Origin: a virus
Reading direction: 5' to 3' (one strand)
Virus record (IMG/VR): IMGVR_UViG_3300045988_076491
DNA length: 57,695 bases
Of the stretch, positions 1-10,320 are shown piece by piece (positions within the stretch are counted from its first letter, which is position 1; every line of letters begins with the position of its first letter). The notes beneath the pieces are model-generated. The model had not been told where the DNA came from, ran no database searches, and worked only from the letters and a program-made list of their open reading frames with translations. Made by a program: the position numbers and the translations under genes.

Positions 1-2610
1 ATTCTTACGGCTGCATTGGCCGCTGCAGCGACAATGTGGGTACTATTCAAAGTTAAGGCTCTTGCTAGCGCTGTAGTTGCTGGTGTCATTGCTTTAATTT
101 CAAAAGCGTTAGCAGGTTTGTCAGCAATGCTTACATTCGTTGCTGCTCATCCATTCTGGTCAATGCTTATCGCTCTTACAGGACTGGTTGTAGGTCTCTC
201 TGGTGGTTTTGGAAAGTTAAGTAATGCAATTAGTGGTATGTTCAAAAAAGTAACAGCTATCAATGGTATAGACCCCGATAAAGTGCTGTTACCATCCCAG
301 AAGGAAAGAACTAATGATTTGAATAAATTTAACAAGGCTCTTGATACCACTAAAGATAACATGGATGACTTAGCTGATTCCACTGGTAAAGCTACTAAGG
401 CAGCTAAGGGCCTGCTTTCATTCGACGAAGTCTTTAAGCTTAATAAGCCTGATGAGGGTACTAAAAAAGGTATAAAGACTGATACAGATTTTGATATTCC
501 TGACTTATCAGGCTTAGATGCTAGTACGTTTATTCCTGAGATTCCTAGCTTTGAAGGTTTTGCTAGCAACTTTGTAACTGACATGATTGATGCTCTTAAA
601 GAGAAGTTCATAGGCGCTGGTATTGGAGCAATACTTGGTGGCATCCTAGGTGGAATACTTGGTGGACCACTCGGTGCAAAGATTGGTGCTATCGCTGGTG
701 CTATCGCTGGATGGTTCTGGAGTGACCTCGCCGATGCGTTAGGACTAACTGATGTAGGTACAGTTGCATTACCAATAGCCACTGGTCTTGGTGCAATAAT
801 TGGTGCTCTAATTGGAGGACCATTAGGGGCCGTTATTGGAGCCGGTATTGGTGCGTTAGTTGGCTGGATAATCGATTCAATAGCTAGAGGCTTTGAGACT
901 GGCGACTGGTCACATGTTGGTCTACCCATTGGTATAGGTATCGGGGCAGCCATTGGTATGATTGTAGGTGGTCCTGCTGGAGCTCTAATTGGTGCTGCAA
1001 TTGGCACTCTTGTAGGTTGGATTGCAGACATGCTTATTGATGGCTTTACTAATGGTAACTGGGATTTCTCTCAGTTAGGTCTTGGTATTGGTGGTGGTAT
1101 TGGTGCAGCAATTGGTATGATTGTAGGTGGTCCTGCAGGTGCTCTAATTGGTGCTGCAATTGGTGCTTTGATAGGTTGGCTTATTGGTCTCATAGTTGAT
1201 AACTGGGATAGCATCACTGATTGGTTCTCTGATGTATGGGATAATCTTACAACATTCTTTAGTAATATAGGCTCTTCTGTAGGCCAGTGGTTTGCAGACG
1301 TAGGAGAGTGGTTCTCACAAGGATGGTCTAGCCTAGTTGGAGGAGTAAGTGACTTCTTCACTGGTATTGGTGAAAAGTTTACAACAGGCCTTACAAATGT
1401 AAAAGAATGGCTTAGTGGAATATGGACTGCAATATCTACAAGTGTAGGTCAGTGGTTTGCACCCATTGGAACTTTCTTTACAGATGTAGGCACAGGCCTT
1501 GCAACATTTGCTTCAGACTTATGGACTGGTATTACAACTGTATTCAATGATATTGCTACTACTATAAGTACAGTTATGCAGGACATCTGGTCTGCTATTA
1601 CAACTGTATGGAATGATATAAGCTCTGCAGTAAGTACTGTATGTACAACCATATGGGAAACAATCTCTAACATATTTGGTTTTATCAAAGACTTGATTGT
1701 AAAGGTTGTAACTGATATATGGAATGCTATAGTTCAGTGGTTCACGCCTATTGCAGAAGAGATTGGTAGTGTATGTTCTAAAGCCTGGACAGCTGTTTCT
1801 ACGTGGTTCCAGAGTATATGGTCCACCATTTCAGAGAAGCTTTCTGGTGCATGGCAAACTGTTACTAAGTTCTTTGGTGATATTCTTTCTACTATCACTG
1901 GCAAGGTAAAAGAAGCCTGGACAGCTGTTTCTACTTGGTTCCAAAGTATTTGGGATGTAATAAAAGAAAAGATTTCTGGGGCGTATAACTCTGTTAAGTC
2001 TTATTTTGGAAACATCTACAAATCCATTAAGACGAAGGTATCAGATTCTTATAATGCAGTTAAAGACTTCTTTGGTAACATGTACACGTCAGTTAAAGAA
2101 AAGATTGGCAATATGTACACGTCAGTAAAGGATGGCATAGGTAATATTTACAATTCATTTAAGAATTGGATTTCTAACCTATGGGACAATGTATTTGGTA
2201 AGTTCTTTGACTGGATAAATACTGGTATTGATAAGCTTAGAGAATTCTTTGGTCTTAATGACAAAGCTAAGAGTACTGACACAAGCTATGCGAGCAATAA
2301 TAGCAAGCCTAAAGCAGGTCATGCTACTGGTGGTATTTTCAATAGAGAGCACGTTGCAAGATTTGCTGAAGGTAATAAGGCAGAAGCAGTTATTCCTCTT
2401 GAGAATGCTGGGGCAATGCAGCCATTTGTAGATGCCGTTGCCAATGGTATTACTGCTAGCTTAATGCCTATTGTAGCTAATATTTCTGGTAATCAAGGAC
2501 AGTTACAGCCACTATACGTTGGAACGCTAATTGCAGATGAAAGGAGCTTGAAAGAGCTTAACCGTAAAATGCAAGTTATTCAGCTTCAAGAGAATAAGAG
2601 GAGGGGTTAG
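1..2610 (+). CDS. Tail tape measure protein, C-terminal 869 codons (continues ORF 56504..57640 across the circular junction)
   Basis: Position 1 equals 57641 and codon phase is kept, giving about 1248 aa in total. Four glycine-zipper repeats (GGPxGAxIGAxIGxLxGW), then periodic W/F repeats (AWTAVSTWFQSIW twice). Lies directly after the tail chaperone frameshift pair. Confidence 0.9.
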   Translation: MLTAALAAAATMWVLFKVKALASAVVAGVIALISKALAGLSAMLTFVAAHPFWSMLIALTGLVVGLSGGFGKLSNAISGMFKKVTAINGIDPDKVLLPSQKERTNDLNKFNKALDTTKDNMDDLADSTGKATKAAKGLLSFDEVFKLNKPDEGTKKGIKTDTDFDIPDLSGLDASTFIPEIPSFEGFASNFVTDMIDALKEKFIGAGIGAILGGILGGILGGPLGAKIGAIAGAIAGWFWSDLADALGLTDVGTVALPIATGLGAIIGALIGGPLGAVIGAGIGALVGWIIDSIARGFETGDWSHVGLPIGIGIGAAIGMIVGGPAGALIGAAIGTLVGWIADMLIDGFTNGNWDFSQLGLGIGGGIGAAIGMIVGGPAGALIGAAIGALIGWLIGLIVDNWDSITDWFSDVWDNLTTFFSNIGSSVGQWFADVGEWFSQGWSSLVGGVSDFFTGIGEKFTTGLTNVKEWLSGIWTAISTSVGQWFAPIGTFFTDVGTGLATFASDLWTGITTVFNDIATTISTVMQDIWSAITTVWNDISSAVSTVCTTIWETISNIFGFIKDLIVKVVTDIWNAIVQWFTPIAEEIGSVCSKAWTAVSTWFQSIWSTISEKLSGAWQTVTKFFGDILSTITGKVKEAWTAVSTWFQSIWDVIKEKISGAYNSVKSYFGNIYKSIKTKVSDSYNAVKDFFGNMYTSVKEKIGNMYTSVKDGIGNIYNSFKNWISNLWDNVFGKFFDWINTGIDKLREFFGLNDKAKSTDTSYASNNSKPKAGHATGGIFNREHVARFAEGNKAEAVIPLENAGAMQPFVDAVANGITASLMPIVANISGNQGQLQPLYVGTLIADERSLKELNRKMQVIQLQENKRRG
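946..1182 (+). repeat. Two near-identical ~78-bp direct repeats inside the tape measure gene (946-1023 and 1105-1182, offset 159 bp)
   Basis: Both read gcagc(c/a)attggtatgattgtaggtggtcctgc.gg.gctctaattggtgctgcaattgg...; each encodes AAIGMIVGGPAGALIGAAIG. Confidence 0.85.
1781..1953 (+). repeat. Two ~41-bp direct repeats in the tape measure gene (1781-1821 and 1913-1953, offset 132 bp)
   Basis: aagcctggacagctgtttctac.tggttcca.agtat.tgg occurs twice, encoding KAWTAVSTWFQSIW. Confidence 0.85.
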
Positions 2611-2612
2611 TA

Positions 2613-2972
2613 ATGGCTAGTAATTTCACTGTGAACGGGAGGGCTATTAAGAATCCCTCCTCGTTCAAAATAGAAAGATATAATGTTACCAATATGGAGC
2701 GTCTTGCAAATGCTAAAATGGTTGGTGACTTAATTGCTAAAAAGCGAAAGTTCTACTTCACTTACGATGCTATTTCTGGTGATGATTTAGACAATATTCT
2801 AGAAGCAGTTTGGGAAACAAAATCGTTATTCTTTCCCCTTAAGTATAAGGAGAATGGTCAGTCAAAGTCTGCTACTGTGTATGTAGGTTCTATACCGACT
2901 GAATTGCATAAAGCAGGCAAGACTACAAACTGGGTTTGGAAAAACGTAACTTTCAACCTAATCGAACAATAA
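2613..2972 (+). CDS. Small tail protein, possibly a distal-tail (Dit-like) component
   Basis: GGAGG RBS 6 nt upstream; starts 3 nt after the tape measure stop. Function is inferred from position only. Confidence 0.5.
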   Translation: MASNFTVNGRAIKNPSSFKIERYNVTNMERLANAKMVGDLIAKKRKFYFTYDAISGDDLDNILEAVWETKSLFFPLKYKENGQSKSATVYVGSIPTELHKAGKTTNWVWKNVTFNLIEQ

Positions 2973-2984
2973 AGGAGGCGCCGC

Positions 2985-4340
2985 ATGGCAGATACAATCA
3001 TACGTGATGCTACAGATGAAGATTTCAATGCGCATAGTAGATGCATTCTGCTAAAGCTTGACATCTTCTTTGATGGCTTACAGAATGAACCATTGACGGT
3101 TACTAGAAGTGACTACCTGATAGACGCTGAGCTTCTTGAGGAAGCAGGTGCTGAAGACAATAATCCGCTTGGAGCTATCTCAGCTAATGAACTTTCATTT
3201 AGCTTGTATAATGATAATGGTATGTTTAATCCAACCAATCCTGAAAGTCCTTATTATGGTAAGATAAAAGCAAATGTCCCAATTATACCATACATGAAGC
3301 CAGACCTTGATGATGAGACTGAAGATGTCAATTGGATAAAAATGGGTGTATATTATGTTTCAGACTGGAACGCTACTATAACGGGCGCCGCTGCTTCTAT
3401 TACAGCAGATGATAAGTTACAGCAGGTATTCTTAGAGCCTGCGCCTACAATTCCTGTAGGTCTTAATAAGACCCAGGAAGAATTCTTTCAGGAAGTATTC
3501 GATGCGCTGGGCTACGCCGTCACAGTATCACACGAGTTAAATGCTAGACTTCTGTATACATTTACAGAGGGCGAACAGAAGAAGTATCTACAGGAGATGC
3601 TTCAAGGTGCAATAGCTTATTGTCTCTGTAATAAGAATGGGGATATTATCATTGAGCCACTGGATGGTAATAAACCTTTAAGAGCTACTATTACGGATGG
3701 TGACCAGATTATAAGTGTAGATGCAAAGCAGTCTATCATTAAGACGTATGGAGGCGTTGAGCTTACATACGTTTTGCCACAGTTAACAGAAGCAATACAG
3801 CTATTGCAGATTAAAGAAGCTAATGTGCCAGCTGGTGTATTTACGCATAATAAGGTTGCATTTAGTAAAGGTCCTGCTAAGACAGTTACGAATGTATATG
3901 CCCTTACTGAGAACAAAGAGGTTACTATTGTAGATTATGTTAATTCGCCATGGGATATAACTCTTGTTACAAGAAATGAAAGCACACAAACCACTTCTGA
4001 CCTTGCTGTGTATGGCATAGCTGTTGACTTTGTGCAGTCTATCCTCACAGACAATGCTTCTAATGTTCTAAAAGTTACGAACAGGTATGTTCAGACTACG
4101 GACTATGCAAAACAGTACAAGGCAATGCTTGAAGCGTTTGTTAATAGTGATATGCCCACTTTAACTTTACAGGTTAGGGGAAACCCACTACTTAATATAG
4201 GTGATAAGATACGCGTACAGAGTACTAAATATAATCTTGACTTTACAGGCATACTGCAGAGAGTAAAATACAACTATGTAGGTTCTCTGTCGTGTGAAAT
4301 AACCCTACTTAATTCAGAGATATTGGAGGTGAACAGATAA
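2985..4340 (+). CDS. Tail tip / baseplate hub-like protein (Tal position)
   Basis: 451 aa with an AAAGGAGG RBS; second gene after the tape measure gene. Function is positional inference. Confidence 0.5.
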   Translation: MADTIIRDATDEDFNAHSRCILLKLDIFFDGLQNEPLTVTRSDYLIDAELLEEAGAEDNNPLGAISANELSFSLYNDNGMFNPTNPESPYYGKIKANVPIIPYMKPDLDDETEDVNWIKMGVYYVSDWNATITGAAASITADDKLQQVFLEPAPTIPVGLNKTQEEFFQEVFDALGYAVTVSHELNARLLYTFTEGEQKKYLQEMLQGAIAYCLCNKNGDIIIEPLDGNKPLRATITDGDQIISVDAKQSIIKTYGGVELTYVLPQLTEAIQLLQIKEANVPAGVFTHNKVAFSKGPAKTVTNVYALTENKEVTIVDYVNSPWDITLVTRNESTQTTSDLAVYGIAVDFVQSILTDNASNVLKVTNRYVQTTDYAKQYKAMLEAFVNSDMPTLTLQVRGNPLLNIGDKIRVQSTKYNLDFTGILQRVKYNYVGSLSCEITLLNSEILEVNR

Positions 4341-7300
4341 TGGAATATTTAGCTAATGTCCTTCCTGTGGACCCTAAGTCCTGGACCTTAAGTAAAGCTA
4401 CCATGACTAAAAACTTGATTAAGCTTGAAGCAAACGGAACAGCCTCTACTACTTTAACGCATGACCAAGTTCAGTTCACTCCTAAAGCCTTTAAGGTAAC
4501 GGTTAAATTTACAGGTGAGTTCGACGAATTTTCACCTGCTGCTTTTGCAAAGTTACTGATTAAGGACAAAGATAAGAAGTACCAAGTTTTTACAGCACCT
4601 TTCCAAGTAACAAGCAAAACGTCTACTTCCTACTTTATGCAGGCAGAGCTCATTACTAATGTTGCAGACTTTGATACGCTAATCTTTCAGTTTAATACTG
4701 AAGAGTACGTTGAAATATTAGAATGGAAATTGTATCCTAGCTCAGACATTGATAAAAATACTCTTAATACTATTGAGTCTTTACTACCACAATTCCTGTC
4801 TACTTTTAATGAGAACGCTATTACAATCGGTACTGGCGAAACTGAAATTGTAAACTTACCTTTTGCAATGGGTGAAGCTGGAAACCTTTCTTGTCATTTA
4901 CTTTTCAGTTATGTAGTTGAGACTTCGTGTAGAATGATTGTAACTATTAAGGTAGATGGTTCACCTGAGCCGTACGCACCTATAGTTCTGCAAGCCCAGG
5001 AGGGGCCTGGCTTTGTAGGTATACCACATTCTTTCTTACAGGTACAAGCAGCTGCTCACCTAGTGTCAGTGACTGTCAGACTTGAAGCGTATGAAAGTAC
5101 TCCGACTGATGGAGTACTTAAGGCATCCATCCAGGCAAAAGCTGTAAGATACACATGTGAAGGTCGCGGTATTCTTAATGGTCAGGGTGGTGAATACCCT
5201 CATGCTGAAGTATCTGAAACGTATGAAGATTATCCTGCTCTTAAACTTGGACTTATACAGTGTAGTACAACTTGTGAAGTTACCTCCAGTGAGTATACCA
5301 GCATTGATAATATTGAGAGGTATACTTATCCAGGTGTAGATATTGAAGAGCTCGGTTATACTGCAGATATTCCTATTGCAGACGTCAAAGCATTTGGAGC
5401 CACTGAGTACTGGACGTACAATTCTTCAAAGGCAGAAGCAATACACATTACAGGTAACTTGTCTCTCACCAGCACTGGTCTTACTTTTGAAAATGGTGTA
5501 GGTGAAGGCATTGCCACATATGATGCACTTTATCCTACTGAGAGCTATGTCCCACTGATAAACTGTGTAGAGGCTAACGTATCTGGTACGCCTAACATGA
5601 AAGTTGCTTTCAGTACGAATGGTTCTAGCTGGTTTACAATAGATGAGAATAAGGAATGGCAGCCTATTGAACTTACTATATCTGCTCTAAGCCAAAGTGG
5701 TATAAGCCTTACTCAACTAGCTACGCTAAATAGTAATACATTCAAGAAGCTCTTTGAGCGCGGCGGCGCTAATAAACTTACTATAGCTGTTTACATGGTT
5801 TCGTCCATTCAACAAACGTCTTTCATTCTAAATAGCATTGTAGTTTATTACAGTACTGATGAGTCTAATCTTCCACTCAACGCTCCACTGCTTACTTTTG
5901 CTATTGCAGAGGACAGTAGAGCTAGAGTGCACTGGCAACCGCCTACAGGCCAACCAAGAGCTGTAAAGGTGTATTATGGAACCAGTGTAGATTTTGGCCA
6001 GTCAGTGCAATCAGATGTTGGTGCAACATTCTGCGAAATACCTGGCTTAGATAATAGAACGAAGTATTACTTCGCTGCTGCTACGCTCGGTTATGGTAGA
6101 GAAAGTGAAAAATCTAATGTGCTTAGTGCAGTGCCTACAACGCCTGTTCCTCGCTTCTTACTGTGCGAAGCAGACATTAGTAAGATTACACTTCAGTGGC
6201 AAATAGTAGGTGCAGTATATGATTCATACAACATATATCTTGGTACGTCTGAGGATAGCCTGCAACTGCTTAGTAATACTGATGAGATGCAGGCAGTACT
6301 TGAAAATCTGCAAAATAATGTAGAGTACTTTGTAGCTCTCACAGGAGTTAAGGCTAGCGAGGAAAGTTGGTTCTCTGAAATTCGCTCTGCTAGACCGCTG
6401 CTTCCTGTGCTTAGTATCTCTGATGTAAATACTGGACAAACGTCTGTTAGTATGATTGTCAACTTACCTGACAAGTATGCAGATTATGAAGGCTTTGTTA
6501 AATACAGAGTTTATTATGGTACTGACTCAGAGCACTTAACAGACTATATAGAAGTGACAGAGAAAAATGTATCTGTCACGAATCTGGTAACTGATACACA
6601 GTACTACTTCTATGCTACTGGATGTACCACAACAGAGGAAAGTACACCTAGCGAGGTTGTGTCAGCTGCAACAGATAGTAGCTTAAAGTTTACAACGCTT
6701 GGTCACACTGGTAAGGATAAGCCTGTGCAAGCTGATGCAGATGCTCAGTATGAACAGACCGTTGAAATTACCAATGGTATTCAGAAGTATATCGTTCCTG
6801 AAACCGGCAAGTACAAGATTGTAGCTATCGGTGCTGCCGGTGGCAAAGGTGGTGGTTCTAATGCTAACTGCATGGGAGGCTTTGGTGCTGTCATTAGTGG
6901 TGAGTTTGACCTGGCAGCCAACGATGAACTTTATTTATTAGTTGGTCAGAAGGGTACAGACAATCCTCAAACATCTGGTGATGCAACAACAGGTGCTGGT
7001 GGAGGAATGTCAGTAGTTGCAATTAAAGATGACACACAGACTGATATGCTGTTTGGTACAATTCCTGTAAGACCCCTTATTGTTGCTGGTGCGGGTAATG
7101 GTGGCGGAGACGCGGCTTATTCAGGAACCCCTGGTGATGATGCCCTACTTGATGAGGGTAATAGTGATGCATTCTTATCCAATGACTATTCTGGTGGTGG
7201 CTACAGGCAATACAGAAACAGTTCTTACTGTGGTAAATCATTCCTTGTAGGTGGCGACGCCGCATCTAACTACTATACACGTAACGGTAATGGTTCCTAT

Positions 7301-7492
7301 GCCGGCTTTGGTGGTGGAGGTTCCAATAAAGATGATGGTGATGGAGGCGGCGGAGGCGGCTACCGTGGCGGTGTGCTTGGTTCACACGGTGGTAGTTCCT
7401 ATAACGCTGGCGAAAATCCTACAGCAGAACTTAACACTGAAAGAACTGATGGCTTAATTAAAATTAAGAAGATTGGAGGAATTGAACAATGA
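4340..7492 (+). CDS. Tail fibre / receptor-binding protein with three FN3-like repeats and a C-terminal ALK/LTK-type glycine-rich domain
   Basis: Three ~90-aa repeats with FN3 hallmarks (W..P, YY/YF...A). C-terminus reads AIGAAGGKGGGS...LYLLVGQKG...GAGGGMSVV...PLIVAGAGNGGG...GFGGGGS...GGGGGGYRGG, matching the PF12810 pattern from memory. Confidence 0.7.
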   Translation: MEYLANVLPVDPKSWTLSKATMTKNLIKLEANGTASTTLTHDQVQFTPKAFKVTVKFTGEFDEFSPAAFAKLLIKDKDKKYQVFTAPFQVTSKTSTSYFMQAELITNVADFDTLIFQFNTEEYVEILEWKLYPSSDIDKNTLNTIESLLPQFLSTFNENAITIGTGETEIVNLPFAMGEAGNLSCHLLFSYVVETSCRMIVTIKVDGSPEPYAPIVLQAQEGPGFVGIPHSFLQVQAAAHLVSVTVRLEAYESTPTDGVLKASIQAKAVRYTCEGRGILNGQGGEYPHAEVSETYEDYPALKLGLIQCSTTCEVTSSEYTSIDNIERYTYPGVDIEELGYTADIPIADVKAFGATEYWTYNSSKAEAIHITGNLSLTSTGLTFENGVGEGIATYDALYPTESYVPLINCVEANVSGTPNMKVAFSTNGSSWFTIDENKEWQPIELTISALSQSGISLTQLATLNSNTFKKLFERGGANKLTIAVYMVSSIQQTSFILNSIVVYYSTDESNLPLNAPLLTFAIAEDSRARVHWQPPTGQPRAVKVYYGTSVDFGQSVQSDVGATFCEIPGLDNRTKYYFAAATLGYGRESEKSNVLSAVPTTPVPRFLLCEADISKITLQWQIVGAVYDSYNIYLGTSEDSLQLLSNTDEMQAVLENLQNNVEYFVALTGVKASEESWFSEIRSARPLLPVLSISDVNTGQTSVSMIVNLPDKYADYEGFVKYRVYYGTDSEHLTDYIEVTEKNVSVTNLVTDTQYYFYATGCTTTEESTPSEVVSAATDSSLKFTTLGHTGKDKPVQADADAQYEQTVEITNGIQKYIVPETGKYKIVAIGAAGGKGGGSNANCMGGFGAVISGEFDLAANDELYLLVGQKGTDNPQTSGDATTGAGGGMSVVAIKDDTQTDMLFGTIPVRPLIVAGAGNGGGDAAYSGTPGDDALLDEGNSDAFLSNDYSGGGYRQYRNSSYCGKSFLVGGDAASNYYTRNGNGSYAGFGGGGSNKDDGDGGGGGGYRGGVLGSHGGSSYNAGENPTAELNTERTDGLIKIKKIGGIEQ

Positions 7493-8967
7493 GAAATATG
7501 AGGCAGGTCATAAAGACTAATCATAACTTTGTTACAGGTGAGCATTACGAGCAGCGTATGCTCAAACCTGTACAGCAAGCACAGAATCGTGTTACAATTC
7601 AACTCTGCGACGCCGATACTGGTAGCATTATAGAAGAGGCAGTCACTGAGAATGCTATATCACCTTGCCTAGAATCTATGGCATATCGTAAAATTGCAAA
7701 TGTGCTAAACTATGATGGTTACCTTAATGGAAATAGTAGTGATATTGCCTTTAGTACTATAGCACTAAGCGACAGTGATATTGGTGAATTAGAGGACCCT
7801 TACTTTATACATGGAAGTATTGTAGGTTTTTGTAGTAGAACAGATACTAACTCTGCTGGTACTAATAAGTACAAAGGTATCTATAACTCTGCGGAAAGCT
7901 ATACAAAGATAGAAGATAATGGATACAAGCATATTCATCTTGTGTATGACTGGCAGACTTCAGCTGGTAATGGCAAGATTCAAAATATTTATTGGTATAA
8001 TCCCGCTATTTTAAGTAGCTATACTATACCTCCGTGCTTATACAGCGCCTCATCAATATCGTATAGCAACTCATTAGCTGATGTGTGCTTTGATAGAAGA
8101 GGTAATGCTTATAAGGTAGTTGATGGTAAGTACTACAAAGTACTTAACTTTGTTAAGTATGTTAATGGTATTGAAAGTATAAAGCTTGCTACTGAAGAAA
8201 GCTTTCATAATGCATATGAAGTTAATGGCTACTACTATACGTTTAGTTCTAATTATACTGGTGATGGTAGTACTTCATTTACTGCAACATTAACAATCAA
8301 TAAGCATGACACTAATGGAAATATTGTAGATACATGGAATGAGGACTTAGTATCAAGTGTGCCACAATTAGTAGAACTTAAAAATAGTTCAAAGTTAACA
8401 TACTTTAGAGCAACAGTAAGAGAATACTGCGACTATGATGGTTGGGTTGGATTCCAGATTAACTTTCAAGAAAACTCATCATATAAAGATTTTCCTACAC
8501 GGAATAGTGATGGTGAGTTAACTCCTAATAGTACATATTATGTTAATATATACTCAATGTACAATGTTCTTACAAAGCAGTGGCTGCACGTACCTAGCCC
8601 ATGGGATGTATGGTGCACATACGCACATTACACTAACTGTACATGCCTTAAAAAATTGACAGATAGACACATATGTGCATCTGACTATATTATAAAAGTA
8701 ACCTCTGATGATGTTGAGGCAGTACAATATGGCGGAGCATTATCTGATCGTTATGGATACCAGCACGCTGATAGTATTCATTCATCATTACCTATAATCA
8801 TACACAGTAACACTCCTTATGCAATTACGCCTATAGCCGCTCAGACACGCCTCGCATCGCCAATAACTAAGACATCACTGAATACAATGAAGATTCAGTA
8901 TGACTTCTTCTTTAAGATACCTCTTTCATACATGACACCAGAACATGCATGGGACTTGTATAAATAG
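7489..8967 (+). CDS. Tail-associated protein of unknown function (second fibre or receptor-binding candidate)
   Basis: 492 aa; ATGA overlap with the upstream gene; N/Y/S/T-rich composition typical of fibres. Confidence 0.45.
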   Translation: MRNMRQVIKTNHNFVTGEHYEQRMLKPVQQAQNRVTIQLCDADTGSIIEEAVTENAISPCLESMAYRKIANVLNYDGYLNGNSSDIAFSTIALSDSDIGELEDPYFIHGSIVGFCSRTDTNSAGTNKYKGIYNSAESYTKIEDNGYKHIHLVYDWQTSAGNGKIQNIYWYNPAILSSYTIPPCLYSASSISYSNSLADVCFDRRGNAYKVVDGKYYKVLNFVKYVNGIESIKLATEESFHNAYEVNGYYYTFSSNYTGDGSTSFTATLTINKHDTNGNIVDTWNEDLVSSVPQLVELKNSSKLTYFRATVREYCDYDGWVGFQINFQENSSYKDFPTRNSDGELTPNSTYYVNIYSMYNVLTKQWLHVPSPWDVWCTYAHYTNCTCLKKLTDRHICASDYIIKVTSDDVEAVQYGGALSDRYGYQHADSIHSSLPIIIHSNTPYAITPIAAQTRLASPITKTSLNTMKIQYDFFFKIPLSYMTPEHAWDLYK

Positions 8968-8988
8968 TCGCTGAAAGGAGGAACCAGT

Positions 8989-9309
8989 ATGGATGGAATC
9001 ACACCTGAAGCTTGGCTAAATCTTGGTATTCCAGGAGCTGCACTCTTCATTGTCTTGGTTATTGTAATATCAATGTTCAAGCAGCAAAGTAAGAGTGTAG
9101 ATAAGCTGTGCATCAAGATTGACGAGCTTGTTACTAGCTTCTCAGATAACAATCTGAAGCTCAACGAAGTCATCATTTCAAATGATAAGGACCAGAAAGA
9201 AGTTCTTAGAAAACTTGATGACATCAATGATGTTGTGCAAGATATGCACAAGCGAGTTGTTAGAATCGATACTCGGCTCTACGACCACAAATGTATAAAG
9301 GAGGAATAA
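8989..9309 (+). CDS. Small membrane protein next to the endolysin (holin or lysis-accessory candidate)
   Basis: One N-terminal TM segment (GIPGAALFIVLVIVISMF) followed by a charged helical tail. AAAGGAGG RBS. Immediately upstream of the amidase gene. Confidence 0.5.
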   Translation: MDGITPEAWLNLGIPGAALFIVLVIVISMFKQQSKSVDKLCIKIDELVTSFSDNNLKLNEVIISNDKDQKEVLRKLDDINDVVQDMHKRVVRIDTRLYDHKCIKEE

Positions 9310-9311
9310 GT

Positions 9312-10310
9312 ATGAGTAATAGCCCTTTAGTGAATTGTACTGTAAAAAGTCCAAATCACAGTGGTAAACGAACACACAAGATTGACCGTATTACACCGCA
9401 TTGCGTTGTAGGCCAGTTATCGGCTGAAGCTATTGGTGGTTGCTTTACAAGCGCCTCCAGACAGGCATCTTGTAACTATGGTATTGGTAAGGATGGTCGC
9501 GTATGCTTAATCGTTGATGAGGCAAATCGCAGCTGGTGTAGTTCCAGCAATGCAAATGACCAGCGTGCTATTACTATTGAGTGTGCCTCTGATAAATCAG
9601 AGCCTTACACTATGAATAGCCATGTCTATAATAAACTTGTAGATTTGTGCATTGACATTTGTAAGCGCAATGGTATAAAGAAGCTGCTTTGGTTCGCTGA
9701 TAAGAATAAGTCCTTATCTTATGAACCAGCAAATGGCGAGGTGGTGCTTACTGTACATCGCTGGTTCGCAAACAAATCTTGTCCTGGTGACTGGTTGTAT
9801 AGCCGACTTGGAGACCTTGCCTCTAAGGTAAATGCCGGCCTCGGCAATGCAGCGCCACAGCAACCTTCTAACCCTAAAGTTCTTTACAGAGTTCAGACTG
9901 GTGCTTTCAAGAATAAGGACAATGCTCAGGCTCTTGAAGCAAAGGTTAAGAAGGCAGGCTTTGATACTTACATCACAGTTGTAGATGGACTGTACAAAGT
10001 ACAGGTAGGAGCATACTCTAAGAAAGAGAATGCAAATGCACAGGTGGCGAAGCTTAAAGCTGCTGGCTTTGATTGCTTTGTAACTACAAATGGTTCGTCT
10101 GGCACGTCTAGTCCTGGTCCTGGTGCAACGATTAAAGCAGGCAGTAGAGTAAAGGTTAAGTCTGGTGCTAAGACTTACACTGGAGGTGGCGTTGCAAGTT
10201 TCATCTATAAAGGAACTTACACTGTAGATGAACTTAAGGGAGACCGTGCAGTGCTTGACAAAAGTGGCATTTGTACGCCGTTCAACGTAAAAGACCTTGT
10301 ATTAGCTTAA
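9312..10310 (+). CDS. Endolysin: N-acetylmuramoyl-L-alanine amidase with two SPOR repeats and a C-terminal SH3-like segment
   Basis: Start moved to the ATG at 9312 (AAGGAGG 7 nt upstream). Amidase_2/PGRP-like N-terminus (HCVVG...NYGIG.DG...NDQRAITIE). Two SPOR-like repeats (YRVQTGAFKNKDNAQALEAKVKKAGFD and YKVQVGAYSKKENANAQVAKLKAAGFD). Confidence 0.8.
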   Translation: MSNSPLVNCTVKSPNHSGKRTHKIDRITPHCVVGQLSAEAIGGCFTSASRQASCNYGIGKDGRVCLIVDEANRSWCSSSNANDQRAITIECASDKSEPYTMNSHVYNKLVDLCIDICKRNGIKKLLWFADKNKSLSYEPANGEVVLTVHRWFANKSCPGDWLYSRLGDLASKVNAGLGNAAPQQPSNPKVLYRVQTGAFKNKDNAQALEAKVKKAGFDTYITVVDGLYKVQVGAYSKKENANAQVAKLKAAGFDCFVTTNGSSGTSSPGPGATIKAGSRVKVKSGAKTYTGGGVASFIYKGTYTVDELKGDRAVLDKSGICTPFNVKDLVLA

Positions 10311-10320
10311 CTAAAACGGG

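Noticed and set aside
147-1031. A 294-aa ORF on the minus strand, with further minus-strand ORFs at 1071..1361 and 1449..1688.
   Set aside because: It is antisense to the glycine-zipper repeats of the tape measure gene. Its sequence is low-complexity P/A/I-rich, it has no RBS, and it lies wholly inside a well-supported gene.
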